Positions 1-8,753 of a stretch of 32,000 nucleotides of DNA are shown piece by piece. The notes under the pieces were generated by a model. It ran no database searches. It saw only the letters and a program-made list of their open reading frames with translations, and was not told the origin of the DNA. Position numbers and translations under genes: made by a program. The stretch lies in assembly GCF_001457595.1 (NCBI RefSeq), contig NZ_LN831039.1, positions 3,480,001-3,512,000 of the forward strand, given 5' to 3'. Source of the DNA: Mycolicibacterium smegmatis. Lineage in GTDB: Bacteria; Actinomycetota; Actinomycetes; Mycobacteriales; Mycobacteriaceae. The stretch's first letter is position 1, and each line of letters starts with the position of its first letter.

Positions 1-137
1 ATGACCTCACCAACCGGCCGGGGCACGATCTAACCCTAGAAATCGACCATCGTTCCAGGCGGCAGGAGTGCTCACCGGCCAGCGGCTCGGTGATCAGCGT
101 CCCCGCGCTGGACGGTTATCCGTTCGAGGCACGCCGA

Positions 138-260
138 TCAACACCCATTAGGCGGGTGTGGCTGGCGGTGGTCGGTCCAGCGGTGTCCGTCCCAGTAGCG
201 TGCTGCGCCGGGGTCGGCGGGGTCGTTGTACCAGCCGGGAGGGACGTAACCGGGAGTCAT
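138..260 (-). CDS. Small ORF consisting almost entirely of a DUF2510-like domain
   Basis: Minus-strand reading from ATG at 260 to TGA at 138 gives MTPGYVPPGWYNDPADPGAARYWDGHRWTDHRQPHPPNGC. It has the GWY-DP-x(n)-RYWDG-xxWT signature of actinobacterial DUF2510 domains. It is below the size cut-off of the supplied ORF track. Confidence 0.55.
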   Translation of the reverse strand: MTPGYVPPGWYNDPADPGAARYWDGHRWTDHRQPHPPNGC

Positions 261-606
261 GTCTCGAAGCGTAACGTCAGTGGGCGTCGCGTTCGTCCTG
301 CTCTAGCCTCTCTACTCACAGGTCGACGCACCCTTCGAAGCTGAGGTCGGTCGGGCTGACTCCGTAGCTTTTCATGTGGTGCTCGCCCCCTTCCTGGTAC
401 TTGCTTTCCCGGGGTTGTTCGATCAGCAGGCCGATGCCCCTGACGGCTCATGGAAGGCCCTCGGCCCGATATCGATCCCACGCCGTACGCGCAGGTCTTC
501 AGTTGCCGCCACCGACGTTGACCCGCAAGCCCCCATCGCTGTGCGTGGCCGATTTCGGTTGACGCGCCGATATGATCGCGGGATCGGTGTGCAGAGGGGG
601 CTCTCG

Positions 607-2109
607 ATGAACCGCACGGCTGTTCGTGTCGGTCAGGCTACGGCGGCTGGTGCGCTTGTGGCTGCCGGTATCGGACTCGGAGCCTACAACGCCTGGTGGT
701 TGGCGCTGCTGATCGGGATTCCGGTCCTCGTGGCCGGACTGATCATCGTGCCGCGGCCATCGCAACTGTCCGTGCTTGATGTGTTCGAGAGCGGTGCGCC
801 GCGAAGGTCAGTGCCGGTTCGTGTCGATGCACTGACCCGCAGCAGCCGCAGCCCCGACGACCTGCAGCCGACGTTGGTGACCGCGACGATAAGCCCACCG
901 CATGACACCGAGTATCAAGGGCGGTGGATCGTCTCGATGTCTCGCGGTGACTTTGAGGCACTGACCAATGAGCCCGAAACCGCGTTGGCGCCGGACCAAC
1001 TGCCGCCGCGCGAAGCGGTGCCTGCGCCCCAGTTCGACCGTCTGCCCGGCCCACAGTTGCTGAGCTATTCGGCTGTGACCGTCGTGGTGGCTCTGGCGCT
1101 GCTGTTCGGTGTAGGTGACGCCTGGCGCATCTCCCTCGACAGGCCCACGCCGCCCGCACCCGGGGAGGCGCAGACTGCCCCCGGGCACAAGGAAATGAAC
1201 CTCAACGCCCGCCTGCGCGGGATGATCGAGGCGGTCTCCAACCAGTTCGGTCCGGCGGCCGCCAACAATCTGCTCGAACTCCGCTTCACCGGCAGCGGAT
1301 CGGACTACGGCACCGTTCTCGATCCGGCCAACGGTGACACGACAATCGTCTACGTCAACAACGGTGGCGATGCGTTCACCACGCCTTCGGCACAGGTTCT
1401 GCGTAAAGACAGCACGTTCACCGCCGGCGATATCGCATCTGCCGATCTGACCGCCATCACGCGCAAGATGGGCGAGCGGCTCGATTCTGCGGGCGGACAC
1501 GTCGACCTGGACAGCTTAGAAATCGAACGGTCGCGTCCAGGAGGTCCGGTGATACTGACCGGCATCTTCGGCAGCAAGACGGTCAAAGCCCTTCCCGACG
1601 GCACCGTCGGGGAGATCTTCGATCCGGCAGATTTCGCGGTGTCATTCCAGCGAGCACGGGAGTCCCTGACGCTGGCTGGGATCACACCCTCGGATCGGGT
1701 CTTGACGAACTTCGAAATCCGCGGCACCCACCGAGCTACGCCGATCGCGCACGCAAGTGAGCTCCAAACCCGCGGAGGTGTGCTGCTGGAGTTCCAGACC
1801 GAAGACCGGTCTGGTCAGATCGTCATCGTCCCCGGAGAACTGCCCGAGATCACTCAGCAGGCCGGCCACGTCGGGTCTCAGACCTTCTCCTTCAACGACA
1901 TCTCACCGCAAGTCTTCGACTCCGTCCGAGCGCAGGCAATGCAGCGGGGTGATCTCGAACCCTACGAGCGAGAAGCGGTCCACATTTGGATGACTGACCG
2001 CGCGATCGACCCGTACCGGTTGGCCATCCGGATCGAACTCGCGGGCGTGGAAGCAGCGACGGGAACCTACTCGGTGACCGGTGAGTTCCTTGCCCCGGAT
2101 GCGGTTTGA
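607..2109 (+). CDS. Hypothetical membrane-anchored protein with N-terminal TM segments and a large C-terminal domain
   Basis: Long ORF 376..2109; ATG at 607 gives a sensible N-terminus (MNRTAVRVGQATAAGALVAAGIGLGAYNAWWLALLIG). TM-like stretches near the N-terminus and around aa 155-175. Confidence 0.6.
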   Translation: MNRTAVRVGQATAAGALVAAGIGLGAYNAWWLALLIGIPVLVAGLIIVPRPSQLSVLDVFESGAPRRSVPVRVDALTRSSRSPDDLQPTLVTATISPPHDTEYQGRWIVSMSRGDFEALTNEPETALAPDQLPPREAVPAPQFDRLPGPQLLSYSAVTVVVALALLFGVGDAWRISLDRPTPPAPGEAQTAPGHKEMNLNARLRGMIEAVSNQFGPAAANNLLELRFTGSGSDYGTVLDPANGDTTIVYVNNGGDAFTTPSAQVLRKDSTFTAGDIASADLTAITRKMGERLDSAGGHVDLDSLEIERSRPGGPVILTGIFGSKTVKALPDGTVGEIFDPADFAVSFQRARESLTLAGITPSDRVLTNFEIRGTHRATPIAHASELQTRGGVLLEFQTEDRSGQIVIVPGELPEITQQAGHVGSQTFSFNDISPQVFDSVRAQAMQRGDLEPYEREAVHIWMTDRAIDPYRLAIRIELAGVEAATGTYSVTGEFLAPDAV

Positions 2110-2113
2110 CCGT

Positions 2114-3202
2114 TCAGTCGGATTCTGCCGCTTCGATAGCCCGGCGCGTGACGGCCTCCAACTGTTTGAGCTGTGCCTCGGGTAAGTGCAGTGCGCCGCG
2201 GTGGGTGAGTCTGGTGATGATTTCGCGGACGCGCCCGTAGTAGGTGGCCTGCTCGGCCGCAGTGGTGCTGGATGCGGCGTGGTGGTAAAGCTTTAGCGCG
2301 GTATCGAGTTCGGACTGGTCGGCCGTTTCGAGGTAGGACGTGCCGACTCTCCTACCGTGCGACTCACACGCAATCCAGGCTCGGCGCAGCCTCGCCACGG
2401 TCTGCTGATACGCGTCGGCCAGACCGCGGTCGCCCGGATAGCCGTCAGTACGCAGGGCCTGTGCCTCGTCGAGAGCGATGTGGAATGTCTGGGTGGATTC
2501 GACGGTCACGTCGGTGACTGCGGGATAGCGCAACAGCATCGCGGGGTCGAGCTCGTAGGCTCCGTACGCGCCGAGGACGTCGTCATGGCGCCGTGTGGCT
2601 TCCTCCCACAGGCGCCTGGCTGCCTCGTCAGACCCGGCGTCTGCGACTCGTGCCGCCGAGCGTGCAGTGGTTGAGGACCCTCTCTTGTGCGCCTCGGGCA
2701 GCGCCATCGTCAAACGGCGGAACACTTCGGCGGCGGCCGGGTCAGACTTGACGACCGCGACCCTCCACTCGTCGTGGCCGGTGTCTGAGGCGAAGGTCAG
2801 GACCAAATACTCCTGCGTACGCACTGTGAGCCGTCGAGGGTCCGGCGTCGTCTCGTCGGCAGGGCCGGCAAGGTCCACCGCGATGAGCGAGGACAAAGGG
2901 CGGCTTGTGAATTCGGCGCTTTCGTCGCCGAAGGATACGGTGCTGTCGCCGACGGTGATCTGTACAGCTCCCGGTGGCTTGAGCCGCCCGTAGGTAGCTG
3001 TGCCCAACGCGATGGTGATGAGTGCTGCCACAACGATGGAGGTCAACGCTGGTGCCAACCCTAAGAAATTGAACGCCACCAATGCGATGAGGCCAGACGC
3101 GAAAGCGATCGCCGCCGTCGTGGCAGACGCCCGATGACGTTCCGTCGAGTACTCGGTCCGAGCAGTCACCGACACCACCGGTACGTCCTCGGTACAGTCC
3201 AT
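2114..3202 (-). CDS. Hypothetical membrane protein
   Basis: Minus ORF 2114..3292; two TM-like segments (TTAAIAFASGLIALVAFNFLGL, LTSIVVAALITIALGT). Start at 3202 (or 3214) preferred because the upstream extension is only antisense of a dctM remnant. Confidence 0.6.
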   Translation of the reverse strand: MDCTEDVPVVSVTARTEYSTERHRASATTAAIAFASGLIALVAFNFLGLAPALTSIVVAALITIALGTATYGRLKPPGAVQITVGDSTVSFGDESAEFTSRPLSSLIAVDLAGPADETTPDPRRLTVRTQEYLVLTFASDTGHDEWRVAVVKSDPAAAEVFRRLTMALPEAHKRGSSTTARSAARVADAGSDEAARRLWEEATRRHDDVLGAYGAYELDPAMLLRYPAVTDVTVESTQTFHIALDEAQALRTDGYPGDRGLADAYQQTVARLRRAWIACESHGRRVGTSYLETADQSELDTALKLYHHAASSTTAAEQATYYGRVREIITRLTHRGALHLPEAQLKQLEAVTRRAIEAAESD

Positions 3203-3220
3203 CGGTCTCAGCATATCGCC

Positions 3221-3374
3221 GCAATCCTGCTGGCGCTGGGCATGTTTCTCGACGGCGTCTCGATGATCCTCATCGCCGCGTCGCTGCTGCATCCGATCCT
3301 GGTCGGGTCCGTTCGACGGATCTGGATCGGTGTCCTGATGGTGAAAGTCGCTGAGGGGGCACTCATCACGCCGC
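3221..3374 (+). pseudogene. Internal fragment of a TRAP transporter large permease (dctM) gene, duplicate of 8427..8583
   Basis: Reads GMFLDGVSMILIAASLLHPILVG..IWIGVLMVKVAEGALITP versus DctM GMFLDGISMILIAAPLLHPILVGYGFDGIWIGVLIVKVAEMALITP. By eye there are about 12 substitutions and one 3-nt gap over about 155 nt. Confidence 0.85.
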
Positions 3375-3403
3375 AGGTGCTTCTCTTCTTGAGCGTTTGC
3401 CGA

Positions 3404-4108
3404 TCAGTCACTACTGCGAACCTGGGCGTGCCCCTCGAACGCGTCCACCAATTCAGGGATCTCCCGCAGGTGCTGTCGGAGCACGTCGACGCTGGTCGTG
3501 GCGTCATGTCGATCGAGGGCCGCGATGAGTTCGCGATGCTCGCGCTCGATCACACTCAACCTGGCGGGCGCCTCGGCCAGCGTCCGGGTGCCCAGCCGTA
3601 CCTGGCGTGGCTGAAGTGCGTCATACATTTCGGCGATCACCGCGTTGCGTTGATGGCGGACGATCTCCGAATGGAACACCTGGTCCAGCTGCGCGAACCG
3701 GTTCCAGTTGCGCTCGCGCCCAGCCTGCTCCATCTCTTCGATCAGTTGCCGGGCGCTCTCCGGCGCGCCGGCCTGCCGTTGACAGATCGTGCGGAGGGCA
3801 TCGGATTCGAGCACGAAGCGCGCCTGGTAGATCTCACGCATTTCCACCGCCGTGACCACCCGAACCTGCGCCCCGCGGCGCGGAAGAAGATCGACATAGC
3901 GCTCCACCTGCAGCCGCTGCAGGGCTTCACGCACGGGTGTGCGGGACGTGCCGACCCTGGCTGCGAGGGCGACCTCGTCGATGAACTCGCCTTCGGCGAA
4001 CTCCCCGCTGAGGATCGCGTCGCGGATCCACTCGTAGGCGCGTTGGCCTGCGGATGTCTTGACCGCTCCCGCGACCGCGCGGCTTCCAGGGGTGGACATA
4101 GCAATCAT
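3404..4108 (-). CDS. GntR-family transcriptional regulator, FCD-type
   Basis: N-terminal wHTH GQRAYEWIRDAILSGEFAEGEFIDEVALAARVGTSRTPVREALQRLQVERYVDLLPRRGAQV followed by an FCD-like helical domain. Start at 4108 or 4099. Confidence 0.88.
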   Translation of the reverse strand: MIAMSTPGSRAVAGAVKTSAGQRAYEWIRDAILSGEFAEGEFIDEVALAARVGTSRTPVREALQRLQVERYVDLLPRRGAQVRVVTAVEMREIYQARFVLESDALRTICQRQAGAPESARQLIEEMEQAGRERNWNRFAQLDQVFHSEIVRHQRNAVIAEMYDALQPRQVRLGTRTLAEAPARLSVIEREHRELIAALDRHDATTSVDVLRQHLREIPELVDAFEGHAQVRSSD

Positions 4109-4136
4109 TGAACCATTTACACGGTGTGCATTCATC

Positions 4137-4146
4137 ATGTATACAA
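4137..4146. promoter_or_regulatory. Candidate GntR operator core (atgTATACaa)
   Basis: TGTATACA palindrome at 4138-4145 in the divergent gap between the gntR-type gene and the aldolase gene. Confidence 0.35.
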
Positions 4147-4201
4147 CGTGTCTACAGATATGTTTCGCGCTCTGCCGCATCGAGCATCGAGAAAGGCCGT
4201 G

Positions 4202-4984
4202 ATGACCCTCGCCCCCGTAGACCGCACCGGATCGCCGCAGCCCTCGGTTGCGATATGGCTCACCGAGCCGTCGGCGGCGGCCGTGGAGATGGGCGCTCTG
4301 GCCGGATACGACACCGTGGTGCTGGACATCGAGCACGGCTTGTTCGATCTGCGAGCGCTGGACTGGATCATTCCGCTGATCCGCGCCAAACGGATGCGTG
4401 TGATCGCCAAGGTTCTGGGACCGGAGCGTGGCCCCATCCAGCAGGCACTCGATTTCGGGGCCGACGCCGTCGCCATCCCCCACATCGCCTCCGCCGATCA
4501 CGCGGCGCAGATCTGTGGATTCGCGAAGTTCCCGCCACTGGGCGACCGGTCCTTCGCCGGCGGCCGCACCTCGGAATACCGGGGATTCACCGATGACTGG
4601 GTGACAGCCCAGGACCGAAACACCCACTGCTATCCGATGATCGAAGACGCCTCGGCGTTCGACGACATCGATGCCATCCTGGCTCTCCCCGTGGTCGACG
4701 GAATCTTCATCGGACCGTCGGACCTGTCGCTACGCCGGGACCGCGGCGCCTACAGCGTCACCGACGCCGACCTCGCCGACATTCGCCACCTTGCCCGAGC
4801 CGCCAACACCGCAGGCAAACCGTGGATACTTCCGGCCTGGAGCGAGGCTGAACAACGCCTGGCACTGGAGGACGGCGCACACACGATCGTCGCCGCCATG
4901 CAATACGGCGCGATGCTGGCGGGATTCACCGCCACCATGCAAGGCCTGCAGACCATCAGCCAAGACGTGAGGAGTGCGCGATGA
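4202..4984 (+). CDS. HpcH/HpaI aldolase/citrate lyase family protein
   Basis: Motifs: VVLDIEHGLFDLRALD, QQALDFGADAVAIPHI, PMIEDASAF, VDGIFIGPSDLSL. The ORF could extend upstream to 4124. Confidence 0.85.
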   Translation: MTLAPVDRTGSPQPSVAIWLTEPSAAAVEMGALAGYDTVVLDIEHGLFDLRALDWIIPLIRAKRMRVIAKVLGPERGPIQQALDFGADAVAIPHIASADHAAQICGFAKFPPLGDRSFAGGRTSEYRGFTDDWVTAQDRNTHCYPMIEDASAFDDIDAILALPVVDGIFIGPSDLSLRRDRGAYSVTDADLADIRHLARAANTAGKPWILPAWSEAEQRLALEDGAHTIVAAMQYGAMLAGFTATMQGLQTISQDVRSAR

Positions 4985-5778
4985 CCCTGACCGCCGCAGT
5001 CGCCCAGTTCGCCCCGTCCGAAGACAAGGCCGCGAACCTCGACACAATCGTCGACCTGCTGCGGCAGGCCGCCGACCAGAACGCCGACCTGGTGGTGCTA
5101 CCCGAGTACGCGGTGTTCACCGTACCCACCATGGACGACCGCTTCGTGCGCACCGCCGAAGCCCTGGACGGCCCCTCGGTGACCCGGCTGGCGCAGGCTG
5201 GCGCGGAACTCGGCCTGACCGTTATCGCCGGCATCAACGAGAGCGCCGGAAACGGCAAGATCCACAACACGCTCGTCGGGATCCAGGGTGGCGAGATCGC
5301 TGCGGTGTACCGAAAGGTCCACCTGTACGACGCCTTCGGATACAAAGAATCCGACCGGGTGATCGCCGCCGACCCCGCCATCCCCCAGCTGCTGCGGGTC
5401 AACGGGTTCACCATCGGGATGCAGACCTGCTATGACCTCCGGTTCCCGGAGACCTCACGTGCCTTGGTCGACGCCGGTGCCGACGTGATCGCGCTGCCGG
5501 CCGAGTGGGTCCCCGGGCCGCTCAAGGAGTATCACTGGAACACCCTGCTGCGGGCCCGGGCGATCGAGAACACCGTCTACGTTGTGGCGGCCGATCAGAT
5601 CGCCCCCGCCGGTTCGGGCAACAGCGTCATCCTCGACCCGATGGGCATCCCGCTGGCTGCACTCGGTGAAGCCGCCGGTATCGGTGTGGCACGCCTCGAG
5701 CGAAGCCGTCTCGAAAGCGTGCGCACGATCAACCCCGCGCTGGCGCTGAGGCGATTTCGTGTCCAACCGGAGGCCTGA
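4981..5778 (+). CDS. Carbon-nitrogen hydrolase (nitrilase superfamily, amidase-like)
   Basis: Catalytic Glu-Lys-Cys contexts: VVLPEYAVF, AAVYRKVHLYDAFGYKESD, GMQTCYDLRFPE. ATGA overlap with the upstream stop. Confidence 0.9.
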   Translation: MTLTAAVAQFAPSEDKAANLDTIVDLLRQAADQNADLVVLPEYAVFTVPTMDDRFVRTAEALDGPSVTRLAQAGAELGLTVIAGINESAGNGKIHNTLVGIQGGEIAAVYRKVHLYDAFGYKESDRVIAADPAIPQLLRVNGFTIGMQTCYDLRFPETSRALVDAGADVIALPAEWVPGPLKEYHWNTLLRARAIENTVYVVAADQIAPAGSGNSVILDPMGIPLAALGEAAGIGVARLERSRLESVRTINPALALRRFRVQPEA

Positions 5779-5779
5779 G

Positions 5780-6880
5780 ATGCCTGCGACCACGCCGTTT
5801 CTTCGTCGGCTGCGCCGCGCCACAGCCGTCACCGCCGCCGCGGTATGTACCGCTGCGCTGACGGCTTGCGTTGCGCAGGAAGGTGATTACGTCCTGCACT
5901 ACACGACCTACTCCTCGCCGACCTCGGACCAGTCGGTCACCATGCAGCGTTGGGCCGAGGACGTCGAAGCCCGCACCGACGGCGGGGTGCGGGTGAAGTT
6001 CCACTACTCGCAGAGCCTGGTGGGTGCGGACGAGTCGCTGCAGGCCACCCTCGACGGCCGGGCCGACCTCGCTCAGGTCGGCTCGTTGTACTCGGCGTCG
6101 GATTTGTCCATGTTCACCGTCATCGAGTTGCCCTTCGAGACCAACAATCCGCAAGTGCAGTTGACGGCCATCGAACGGCTTTACGAGGAAAACGAGACGT
6201 ACCGCAGGGATTTCGACCGCCAGGGTGTGCAACTGCTGTTCCCGCTGCCGCTGGGGATCAGCGTGGTCGGTCTCGACGAACCTGCGCTCACACCAAACGA
6301 CCTGGCGGGGCGCAACATTCGCTCGGGAGGCCTCACGTCGGAGGCGTTGCTCGCCGTGGGTGCCAATCCCGTGGCGATGACTGCGACCGATGTCTACGAA
6401 GCCATGGAGCGGGGCGTCGTCGACGGGTACACCTCGCTGGCGATCGCCAACCTGCCGACGTTCGGTCTGGCGACGAACACCCCGTACCTGGTCGATCCCG
6501 GAATCGGCGCCTATGCGTCCTCGATCGTGGTGATCAACTCCGAACTGATGGAATCCATGCCACCGGAGTATCAGGAAGCGATCGCCGAGGCGTCCGGTCA
6601 GGCGGTCGCGAACGGCCTGGAGGAGATGGACAAGCTCGGCGCGCAGGCGTGCGAGAACCTCCGTAGAACGGGCGCGCAACTGTCCGCCATGCCGGCCGAC
6701 GATGTCGCGGCATGGAAGGAACGTGCCGGGATCGCCGAGGGGTGGGTCAACCGGTACTCCGAGCGCGGTTACGACGCGCAGAGCGTGCTCGACGACTATC
6801 GCCGCATCATCCGGGAAGAGACTCCGCAGTCGCAGTACGTCGATCAGTTCTACGCATGCCTCGAAGGAGCAACCCGATGA
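5780..6880 (+). CDS. dctP: TRAP transporter substrate-binding protein, DctP family, predicted lipoprotein
   Basis: Signal with lipobox LTAC; DLAGRNIRSGGLTSEALLAVGANPVAMTATDVYEAMERGVVDGYTS typical of DctP proteins; followed by dctQ and dctM. Confidence 0.9.
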   Translation: MPATTPFLRRLRRATAVTAAAVCTAALTACVAQEGDYVLHYTTYSSPTSDQSVTMQRWAEDVEARTDGGVRVKFHYSQSLVGADESLQATLDGRADLAQVGSLYSASDLSMFTVIELPFETNNPQVQLTAIERLYEENETYRRDFDRQGVQLLFPLPLGISVVGLDEPALTPNDLAGRNIRSGGLTSEALLAVGANPVAMTATDVYEAMERGVVDGYTSLAIANLPTFGLATNTPYLVDPGIGAYASSIVVINSELMESMPPEYQEAIAEASGQAVANGLEEMDKLGAQACENLRRTGAQLSAMPADDVAAWKERAGIAEGWVNRYSERGYDAQSVLDDYRRIIREETPQSQYVDQFYACLEGATR

Positions 6881-7395
6881 CCGAGGACGTCGCGCTGCCG
6901 CGGGCCGTGACGGTGATCGCCCGTGGCATGAGCATCGTGGCAGGCCTGCTGCTGCTCGGCGTCATCCTGTTGACCGTTGCTGACGTCGTGAGCCGAAACG
7001 CCCGGGACCGCTCGATCGTCGGAACCGTCGATATCGCCACCATGTTGCTGGTTGCCATCGCCTTCCTGGGCCTGGCCTCAGCGGAGGCCGACGGGCGGCA
7101 TGTGGTGGTCGAGTTGTTCGAGAGCCGGTTCGGCCCGCGGACGCGACTCGTGCTGTCGGTGATACGTACGGTGCTCCTGATCGCGCTCGCCCTCCTTTTG
7201 ACCTGGGGTCTGAGCGAAGTCCTGCTCAGCGCGATCGAGCGCGGTGAGACGACGAACGACATCCTCCGGCTGCCCACCTGGCCCGCAAAGTTGGTGTTGT
7301 TGGCGTCGTTTGCCATGTTCTTCGTCGTGGCGGTGTGGAAGGAACTGCTCACCTTCATGGCCCTGCGGACCGAATGCGGAGGTGATAACCGATGA
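6877..7395 (+). CDS. dctQ: TRAP transporter small permease, DctQ family
   Basis: Four-TM small protein (MTEDVALPRAVTVIARGMSIVAGLLLLGVILLTVADVVSRN) with ATGA overlaps to dctP and dctM. The ORF track extends too far upstream (6712). Confidence 0.88.
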   Translation: MTEDVALPRAVTVIARGMSIVAGLLLLGVILLTVADVVSRNARDRSIVGTVDIATMLLVAIAFLGLASAEADGRHVVVELFESRFGPRTRLVLSVIRTVLLIALALLLTWGLSEVLLSAIERGETTNDILRLPTWPAKLVLLASFAMFFVVAVWKELLTFMALRTECGGDNR

Positions 7396-8753
7396 CCGCC
7401 ACCACCGGCGTCGTCCTGGTCGTCGTCCTCGTCCTGTTCTTCGCGCTCTTGGCGATTCGTCTCCACATCGGCCTGTCGCTGATGGCCTCGGCTTTCGTCG
7501 GGGTGTTGTTGTTGCGCGGCACCGGAGCCGGGCTCAGCACCGTGGCCAACCAACCGTTCTCCACGGCGGCCGACTACTCGCTGACGATCATTCCGCTGTT
7601 CATCGTGATGGGGATCTTCGCGGTTCGCGCCGGGCTGGCCCAGGCCGGTTTCGACCTGGCCTCCTCGGTGCTTCGGCGACTTCCAGGGGGTCCCGCGCTG
7701 GCTTCACTGGCCGGTTCCGGCATGTTTGCTGCCGTCACGGGATCGAGCGTAGCCACGGTGGCCACCATGGCCCGAGTGTCCACCGATGCCATCGTCCGCG
7801 CGGGGTACAGCATCCGCCTGGCCGCCGGGGTGGTGTGTGCCGGTGGGACGTTGGGAGTGCTCATCCCGCCGTCGATCGTCCTGGTGTTGTACGGCGTGGT
7901 CACGGAGGAGAGCATCGGGCAACTCCTGATCGCGGGGATCGGGCCGGGATTGCTCACGATCGCGGGATACGCGGTCACCAGCGTCTTGCTGGTCATGTGG
8001 CAGCGGAGGCGTGCCGGTGTCGTCGGCGCCGAGCGCAGGATCGAGGAGCCGGGTCCGGGTGCCGAAGGTGCGGCGGCCGGCGATCCGGGGCGCGTCGACA
8101 TCGCCGGGTTCCTTTATCTCGTCGTCATTTTCGCGGTCTCCATCGGCACGATTTACCTCGGTCTGGCCACACCGACCGAAGCGGCGTCCTTCGGTGCGCT
8201 CGCCGCGCTGGTCGTCCTGGTGCTGCGGACGCGGCCCCCGTCGTGGATCCGAGAGATCGGAGAATCGCTGAGGGAGGCGATCGGCCTGACGGCGATGACC
8301 TTTCTGCTGATGGTCGGCGCCGGGGTGTTCACCTATGTCCTCGCGTTGAGCGGGGCGAGCAGTTCCCTGGTGAGTGCGGTGACCGCGGCGCAACTGCCGC
8401 CGTATCTGGTTCTGGTGCTCTGCCTGGCAATCCTGTTGCCGCTGGGCATGTTTCTCGACGGCATCTCGATGATCCTCATCGCCGCGCCACTGCTGCATCC
8501 GATCCTGGTCGGCTACGGGTTCGACGGGATCTGGATCGGTGTCCTCATCGTGAAAGTCGCTGAGATGGCGCTCATCACGCCGCCAGTCGGGATGAACGCG
8601 TTCGTCTATTCCGGAGCGGTGCGGGAAGCGGGACTGGGCCGCGTGTTCCGCGGCATTATTCCCTTCATCGTGGCCGACCTGGTGGTGGTCGGGGTGCTGA
8701 TCGCCTTCCCGGCAATCGTGACGTTCCTCCCGTCCATGTCGGGTGCGCAGTGA
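7392..8753 (+). CDS. dctM: TRAP transporter large permease, DctM family
   Basis: Polytopic protein; PSIVLVLYGVVTEESIGQLLIAGIGPG, GMFLDGISMILIAAPLLHPILVGYGFDGIWIGVLIVKVAEMALITPPVGMNAFV are canonical DctM motifs. Confidence 0.95.
   Translation: MTATTGVVLVVVLVLFFALLAIRLHIGLSLMASAFVGVLLLRGTGAGLSTVANQPFSTAADYSLTIIPLFIVMGIFAVRAGLAQAGFDLASSVLRRLPGGPALASLAGSGMFAAVTGSSVATVATMARVSTDAIVRAGYSIRLAAGVVCAGGTLGVLIPPSIVLVLYGVVTEESIGQLLIAGIGPGLLTIAGYAVTSVLLVMWQRRRAGVVGAERRIEEPGPGAEGAAAGDPGRVDIAGFLYLVVIFAVSIGTIYLGLATPTEAASFGALAALVVLVLRTRPPSWIREIGESLREAIGLTAMTFLLMVGAGVFTYVLALSGASSSLVSAVTAAQLPPYLVLVLCLAILLPLGMFLDGISMILIAAPLLHPILVGYGFDGIWIGVLIVKVAEMALITPPVGMNAFVYSGAVREAGLGRVFRGIIPFIVADLVVVGVLIAFPAIVTFLPSMSGAQ

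Noticed and set aside
1-33. Possible tail of an upstream gene (ATGACCTCACCAACC...ATCTAA)
   Set aside because: Only ten codons are visible and no homology can be judged from them.
3134-4111. 325-aa forward ORF containing a DctM-like stretch
   Set aside because: Only the first ~60-80 codons match dctM. The rest is antisense to the clear GntR-family gene, so it is a fusion artefact and not an intact gene.
5729-6679. 316-aa minus ORF antisense to dctP
   Set aside because: No recognisable domain; the opposite strand encodes a typical TRAP binding protein with lipobox.
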